Source: Candidatus Nanoarchaeia archaeon (GTDB taxonomy: Archaea > Nanobdellota > Nanobdellia > Pacearchaeales > GW2011-AR1). Taken from it: a stretch of DNA of 64,000 nt. The notes under the pieces are model-generated. The model ran no database searches and had not been told where the DNA came from. It saw only the letters and a program-made list of their open reading frames with translations. Both the position numbers and the translations under genes were made by a program. The stretch is from NCBI GenBank assembly GCA_028713045.1, contig JAQTOY010000001.1, positions 1,523 through 65,522 on the forward strand. The letters run 5' to 3'. Positions 59,056 through 64,000 of this stretch are shown here, piece after piece. Positions within the stretch are counted from its first letter, which is position 1. Every line of letters begins with the position of its first letter.

Positions 59056-61836
59056 TCAATTATTCATTAAACACTCTTCAACAGCTTTTGGATTTATCTT
59101 CTTGTGCAATTCTTTTTCCAATTCATCAACTGAGATTTTATCTCCGAATTTATTCTTGATTTCTAGGATGGATTCCTGAATTATTTTCTTGTATGCATTC
59201 TCTTCAATTTTTTTCTTCTCTTTTATTGAAGCTTGAGCTCCTGCCAAACGCGCAATTGGTACTCTGAATGGTGAGCAGGATACATAGCTCAAACCTATTT
59301 TATAACAAAATTCAATTGTTTCTGGATCTCCTCCATGTTCTCCACAAATTCCTAGTTTGAGGTTCTGCCTTATTGGTTTTGCTTTTTGGATTGCAATTTT
59401 CATAAGTTCTCCAACACCCTCTTGGTCAATTGTTTCAAATGGGTCTCTTTTATAGATTCCTAGCTCAACGTATTCTTTTAAGAATTTTGCAGAATCATCT
59501 CTTGAGAAACCACATCCCATTTGTGTTAAATCATTTGTACCAAATGAAAAAAATTCTGCCTTTTCAGCTAATTTATCAGCAGTGACTGCTGCTCTTGGGA
59601 CTTCTATCATGGTTCCGACTTTGTATTCAATTACGATATTGTTTTCTTTCATAACTTTCTCAGCAGTTTCATCAACTATTTTCTTTTGATGTTCAAATTC
59701 CTTTAAATTCCCAACAATTGGAATCATCACTTCAGGAATAATAGATTTTCCTTCTTTTATCAGTTCTGCAGCTGCTTCAAAAACCGCTCTGGATTGCATT
59801 TCAGTTATTTCTGGAAAAGTAATCCCTAATCTGCAACCTCTATGCCCTAACATGGGATTAAATTCATGTAACTCTTCGGTTTTTTCTTTTAAAAGTTCTT
59901 CACTAACACCCATTTCCCTTGCTAATTCTTGAATTTTATCTTTTTCTTTTGGCAGAAATTCATGCAGAGGAGGATCTAAGAATCGGATTGTAACAGGCAT
60001 TCCATTCATTATCTGAAATAAAGAATAAAAATCTCCTCTTTGCATTGGAAGCAGTTTAGCCAGTGCTTTTTCTCTTTCTTGTTTGTTATTTGATAAAATC
60101 ATTTCCCTCATTGCTTTTATCCTTGACTCCTCGAAAAACATATGTTCGGTTCTGCATAATCCAATTCCCTCTGCTCCGAATTTTACAGCGGTTGAAGCGT
60201 CTTTTGGAGTGTCAGCATTGGTCCTTACGCCAATTTTTCTATGCTCGTCTGCCCATTGCATTATTTTTCCAAAATTTCCAGATAATGCAGGTTCAACTAA
60301 CTCTAGTTTTCCTAAAAATACCTCTCCAGAACTTCCATCTAAAGTTATAAATTCTCCTTCTCTAATTCTCTTTCCATTAATTTCAATTATTTTTTCAGCT
60401 TCATTTATAATCAAATCTGAACATCCTGCAACACAGCATTTTCCCATGCCCCTTGCGACTACTGCAGCATGGCTAGTCATTCCGCCCCTTCCAGTTAAAA
60501 TTCCTTGCGAAGAATGCATGCCTTCAATATCTTCGGGGCTAGTTTCAAGTCTTACTAAAACAACTTTCTCTCCTTTCTCAGCCCATTCATAAGCATCTTC
60601 TGCATTAAAAACAATCCTTCCAACAGCAGCCCCTGGGGATGCAGGAAGTCCTTTTGTTAATAATTTCCCGTTTCTTTTTGAATTATTGTCAAGTTGTTTA
60701 TGCAATAGCTGGTTCAAGGAACTTGGTTCTATCCTTAATAAAGCAGTTTCCTTGTTTATCATGCCATTTTCAACCATTTCAACAGCAATTCGTACGGCCG
60801 CAGGACTCGTTCTTTTTCCATTCCTTGTTTGTAAAATGTAGAGCTTACCTTTCTCAATTGTAAATTCAATATCTTGCATATCCCTATAATGGTTTTCTAG
60901 AATTTTTCTTATGTTAATTAATTGAAGATAATTTGAAGGCATTACTGTTTCCAATTCTTCAATTTTTCTAGGAGTTCTTATACCTGCGACAACATCTTCT
61001 CCCTGAGCATTCATTAAAAATTCTCCATAAAACTTGTTTTCTCCTGTTGAAGGATTTCTAGTGAAACAAACCCCTGTTCCTGAATCCTCCCCCATATTTC
61101 CAAAAACCATTGATTGTATATTAACGGCAGTCCCCAATAATCCAAAAATATTATTCAATCTTCTGTAAGTTATTGCCCGATCATTATTCCAGGAATTAAA
61201 AACAGCATCAATGGCCATATCTAACTGCTCATGAACATCCGAAGGAAACATCCGGTTAGTTTTAATTTTTATCAGTTGTTTGTACATTTCAACCAATTTT
61301 TTCAAATCCTCAGAATTTAATTCATTATCAAATTTTACTCCTTTTTGCATTTTTGTTCTTTGAAGTATCTCCTCGAAAAATTTATGCTCAACTCCCATAA
61401 CAACATCTCCAAACATCTGAATAAATCTTCTGTAAGAATCGTAGGCAAAGCGGGAGTTTCCGGTTTTAATTGATAATCCTTCAACAGTCTCGTCATTTAA
61501 GCCTAAATTTAATATAGTGTCCATCATCCCAGGCATTGACGCTGCTGCTCCGCTTCTAACAGAGACTAATAATGGATTATTCCTCTCTCCTAATTTTTTT
61601 CCAGTGTCTCTTTCTAATTCATTTAGTTTTTCAAGAATCTGTTCCTGAATCTCTTTGGATAATTTTTTGTTGTTTTTATAATAAAACTCACATGCTTTGG
61701 TAGTTATTGTAAAGCCATTTGGAACCGGCAAGCCTATAGAAGTCATATCCGAAAGAAACGCCCCTTTTCCTCCAAGCAATTCTTTCATCTCTTTATTTCC
61801 TTCTTTAAATGAATAAACAAATTTTTCAACAACCAT
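59056..61836 (-). CDS. ppdK: pyruvate, phosphate dikinase with ~50-aa C-terminal extension
   Basis: LLGGKG, SVRSGA..SMPGMMDT, TSHAAVVARG, GLCRTEHMF, GICGEHGGDP. Confidence 0.98.
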   Translation of the reverse strand: MVVEKFVYSFKEGNKEMKELLGGKGAFLSDMTSIGLPVPNGFTITTKACEFYYKNNKKLSKEIQEQILEKLNELERDTGKKLGERNNPLLVSVRSGAAASMPGMMDTILNLGLNDETVEGLSIKTGNSRFAYDSYRRFIQMFGDVVMGVEHKFFEEILQRTKMQKGVKFDNELNSEDLKKLVEMYKQLIKIKTNRMFPSDVHEQLDMAIDAVFNSWNNDRAITYRRLNNIFGLLGTAVNIQSMVFGNMGEDSGTGVCFTRNPSTGENKFYGEFLMNAQGEDVVAGIRTPRKIEELETVMPSNYLQLINIRKILENHYRDMQDIEFTIEKGKLYILQTRNGKRTSPAAVRIAVEMVENGMINKETALLRIEPSSLNQLLHKQLDNNSKRNGKLLTKGLPASPGAAVGRIVFNAEDAYEWAEKGEKVVLVRLETSPEDIEGMHSSQGILTGRGGMTSHAAVVARGMGKCCVAGCSDLIINEAEKIIEINGKRIREGEFITLDGSSGEVFLGKLELVEPALSGNFGKIMQWADEHRKIGVRTNADTPKDASTAVKFGAEGIGLCRTEHMFFEESRIKAMREMILSNNKQEREKALAKLLPMQRGDFYSLFQIMNGMPVTIRFLDPPLHEFLPKEKDKIQELAREMGVSEELLKEKTEELHEFNPMLGHRGCRLGITFPEITEMQSRAVFEAAAELIKEGKSIIPEVMIPIVGNLKEFEHQKKIVDETAEKVMKENNIVIEYKVGTMIEVPRAAVTADKLAEKAEFFSFGTNDLTQMGCGFSRDDSAKFLKEYVELGIYKRDPFETIDQEGVGELMKIAIQKAKPIRQNLKLGICGEHGGDPETIEFCYKIGLSYVSCSPFRVPIARLAGAQASIKEKKKIEENAYKKIIQESILEIKNKFGDKISVDELEKELHKKINPKAVEECLMNN

Positions 61837-61969
61837 TTTTTAATCACTTTATTAATATAAAATTATAGAATTAATTTATAAACATACTTGAATCTAAAAA
61901 CATATTTTATAAAATAATCAATAAAAAGAGATTCAGCAGTTTTTTAAATTATCCTGATTTAATCAGAAT

Positions 61970-62692
61970 ATGAAACTTGGTGTAAAAACTTATGATGATG
62001 GAAATTTCCTTAAGGCATTTGAAAATTCCGCAGATTTTTTTGAGGTTCAGGCAGTCCAAAAAAATAACTACGATTTTTTAAAAAAAGTTTCAAGGCCCAT
62101 TGTAATTCATGCCGAACATTTTTCTCTTGGAGCTAATCCTGCGGATAAAACCCTTTTTGAAAAAAATTTGAAATCTGCTAATTTTGCAATTGAATTAGCG
62201 AATCAGACAAATGCAAAAAAAATCATCCTCCACCCTGGAAACTTAATAAATAAGGACTGTTCTGAAGAACAAGCAGTCCATTTTTTTAAATTCCTGAATG
62301 ATAAAAGGATAATAATTGAAAACTTATCTGGAAACAAAGGATTATGTTTAATTCCTAAGGAGACAAAAGAATTTTTGAAGTCAATAAATAAGAATCTTTG
62401 CTTTGATGTTAGCCACTGCATAGCCTCTTCAAATATTTTAGGGATTGATTATAAAAAAACTTTAAAAGAATATCTAAGATTAAATCCTATCCATTTTCAT
62501 ATTAGCGGCCAAGATGTAAATTTGAAGTTTGATAATCATTTCTCTTTTTTTGATAAAAATTCAAATATTTCCATTAAAGAAATATTAAGTTTGTTTCCGA
62601 AAGATGCAGAAATAACCTTGGAAGTTACAACCGATATTGAGAAGACAAAGAAAGATTTAGAATTTATTAGAGAGATAATAAAAGAGCTATGA
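61970..62692 (+). CDS. xylose isomerase / AP endonuclease 2-like TIM barrel
   Basis: IHA, HPG, IEN, FDVSH, H.S, LE. Confidence 0.75.
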   Translation: MKLGVKTYDDGNFLKAFENSADFFEVQAVQKNNYDFLKKVSRPIVIHAEHFSLGANPADKTLFEKNLKSANFAIELANQTNAKKIILHPGNLINKDCSEEQAVHFFKFLNDKRIIIENLSGNKGLCLIPKETKEFLKSINKNLCFDVSHCIASSNILGIDYKKTLKEYLRLNPIHFHISGQDVNLKFDNHFSFFDKNSNISIKEILSLFPKDAEITLEVTTDIEKTKKDLEFIREIIKEL

Positions 62693-62700
62693 TTATTTTA

Positions 62701-62895
62701 TTAATCATCAATACTTTTATCTGCTAGCTGTTCCAATTGATTACAATCTCCCAAATATCCAAGTTCTAAGTTTCTTTCAAAATAATCTCGCTCTTCAAAT
62801 ACTCTCTGTAGATCAAAATCTTCTGGATAAAATCTATCACTTTCTGGGATAATTTCATCAGGCGGTTCTCTATAGTCTAAATATTCATTATTCAT
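62701..62895 (-). CDS. small acidic hypothetical protein
   Basis: 64-aa ORF with TATA-like box about 25 nt upstream. Confidence 0.4.
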   Translation of the reverse strand: MNNEYLDYREPPDEIIPESDRFYPEDFDLQRVFEERDYFERNLELGYLGDCNQLEQLADKSIDD

Positions 62896-62950
62896 TAAAC
62901 TTGAATTAATAAAATGTTTAAAAGAATAATTAAGATAAGAAATATACTTT

Positions 62951-64000
62951 TCACCTAGTTATAATTTCTAATCCATCTCTGTGTTTTAATTTATACTCTT
63001 TTCCAACAACCATTTTGGTTTTTGCATTAACTGCTCTTATGAAATTCTTTCCTAAGTCAGTATGGATTGCAAATGCAAAATCAAGCGCAGTTGAGCCGTC
63101 TGGTAATAAAAAACAATCTGGGAGAATATTTCCCTTTGAATCTGCAAGCTTATGGGCTCCGGCTGGAAAAATAGCTATGTATTTTAACAGATCAAAAACA
63201 ACCTTGTTAAGAACTTCCTGTATTCCAGTGCTTCCGTATACATCTAGAACATTTTCTTTTATTGAGTTTAGGGCCTCTTTTTGCTTTTCAGAAAGTTCTT
63301 TTAAAAATTTAAAATGATTTTCTCCAGGAACATATTCAATAAGTCCGGCATTATTGGCTAGTCTTAAGGATAATTCAGAATCTGCTGAACAGGGAACTAT
63401 CATAATTTCCGGATAGGCTTTTTTTAAATTTTTTAAATTTTCAGGAGCATCTGGCCTATCGCATTTGTTTGCAGCAATTATCATTGGTTTTGTCAGATGT
63501 CTTAGTTCGTGTGCAAAATTCCTTAAATCATTATCTGTCCATTCAGATGGTTTTTCAATATTATAGTTTCCTTTAATCAAAATCTTTTTTACGTCATCTT
63601 CTTTTACTTTTAGTCCTGAAAATTGAGTTGTTATTGCTTTATGAAGTTCTTGTTTTGTATTTTGAACAAGTCTTGCAAATCCTTTCCAGACTTTGTTTAA
63701 GATTCCAAGATACCATAAATCAAGTTCGTTTTCCAGCATTTTGACGTCATTTACTGGATTATATCCTTTAGCCTCTTTACCTCCTGCATCGGTCTCTCCG
63801 CTTATATCAACAATATGAATCAAAGCGTCTGCAGAAGTCAGATCACTTAAGAATTCATTTCCTAATCCCTTTCCTTCTGAAGCTCCTTCAACTAATCCTG
63901 CAACGTCCAGCAAATCAATTGGAACAAATCTTTTTCCATTGATACAATAGCCTTTATGAGGATTGCATTTTACATTGAATTCCTTGTCAATGCAATCAAT
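62951..64000 (-). CDS. ychF: archaeal YchF/Obg-family ATPase (5' end beyond window)
   Basis: DVAGLV.GA..GKGLGN.FL, KP...AANK, C-terminal TGS domain; frame continues to the window edge. Confidence 0.93.
   Translation of the reverse strand: MDCIDKEFNVKCNPHKGYCINGKRFVPIDLLDVAGLVEGASEGKGLGNEFLSDLTSADALIHIVDISGETDAGGKEAKGYNPVNDVKMLENELDLWYLGILNKVWKGFARLVQNTKQELHKAITTQFSGLKVKEDDVKKILIKGNYNIEKPSEWTDNDLRNFAHELRHLTKPMIIAANKCDRPDAPENLKNLKKAYPEIMIVPCSADSELSLRLANNAGLIEYVPGENHFKFLKELSEKQKEALNSIKENVLDVYGSTGIQEVLNKVVFDLLKYIAIFPAGAHKLADSKGNILPDCFLLPDGSTALDFAFAIHTDLGKNFIRAVNAKTKMVVGKEYKLKHRDGLEIITR

Overview
AT-rich, gene-dense chromosomal segment of a small-genome archaeon, most likely DPANN (Pacearchaeota/Woesearchaeota-like). 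This assignment is inferred from rpl15e, L7Ae/S28e/L24e, TBP, MCM, aIF1A/aIF2-beta, FtsZ, Kae1, CarS, ND-AspRS and a BHB-intron tRNA, mixed with bacterial-type genes (groES/groEL, adk, ppdK, csaA). It is mostly housekeeping genes with single ORFans interspersed. There are two tRNAs (Ile-GAU with a 34-nt intron; Asn-GUU with an atypical C55), and I found no rRNA, CRISPR array, transposase or integrase. The best candidate for a new system is a three-gene island at 14.6-18.1 kb: an SPL-like radical SAM protein with a split Cx36Cx2C motif, divergent from an HhH/Fe-S glycosylase-like gene (both end in QxxLF), plus a PD-(D/E)xK nuclease frame broken by one TAA that the ORF track misses. Also notable are a PPDK with an MCM-like winged-helix tail, an outer-membrane beta-barrel-like protein next to TrmB, an MTAP-APRT fusion, a membrane-tailed diadenylate cyclase, an ORFan inside groES-groEL, a duplicated tRNA 3' end, twin hairpins at convergent gene ends, and two unannotated small basic proteins. 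All family calls come from motif recognition by eye; no searches were run.
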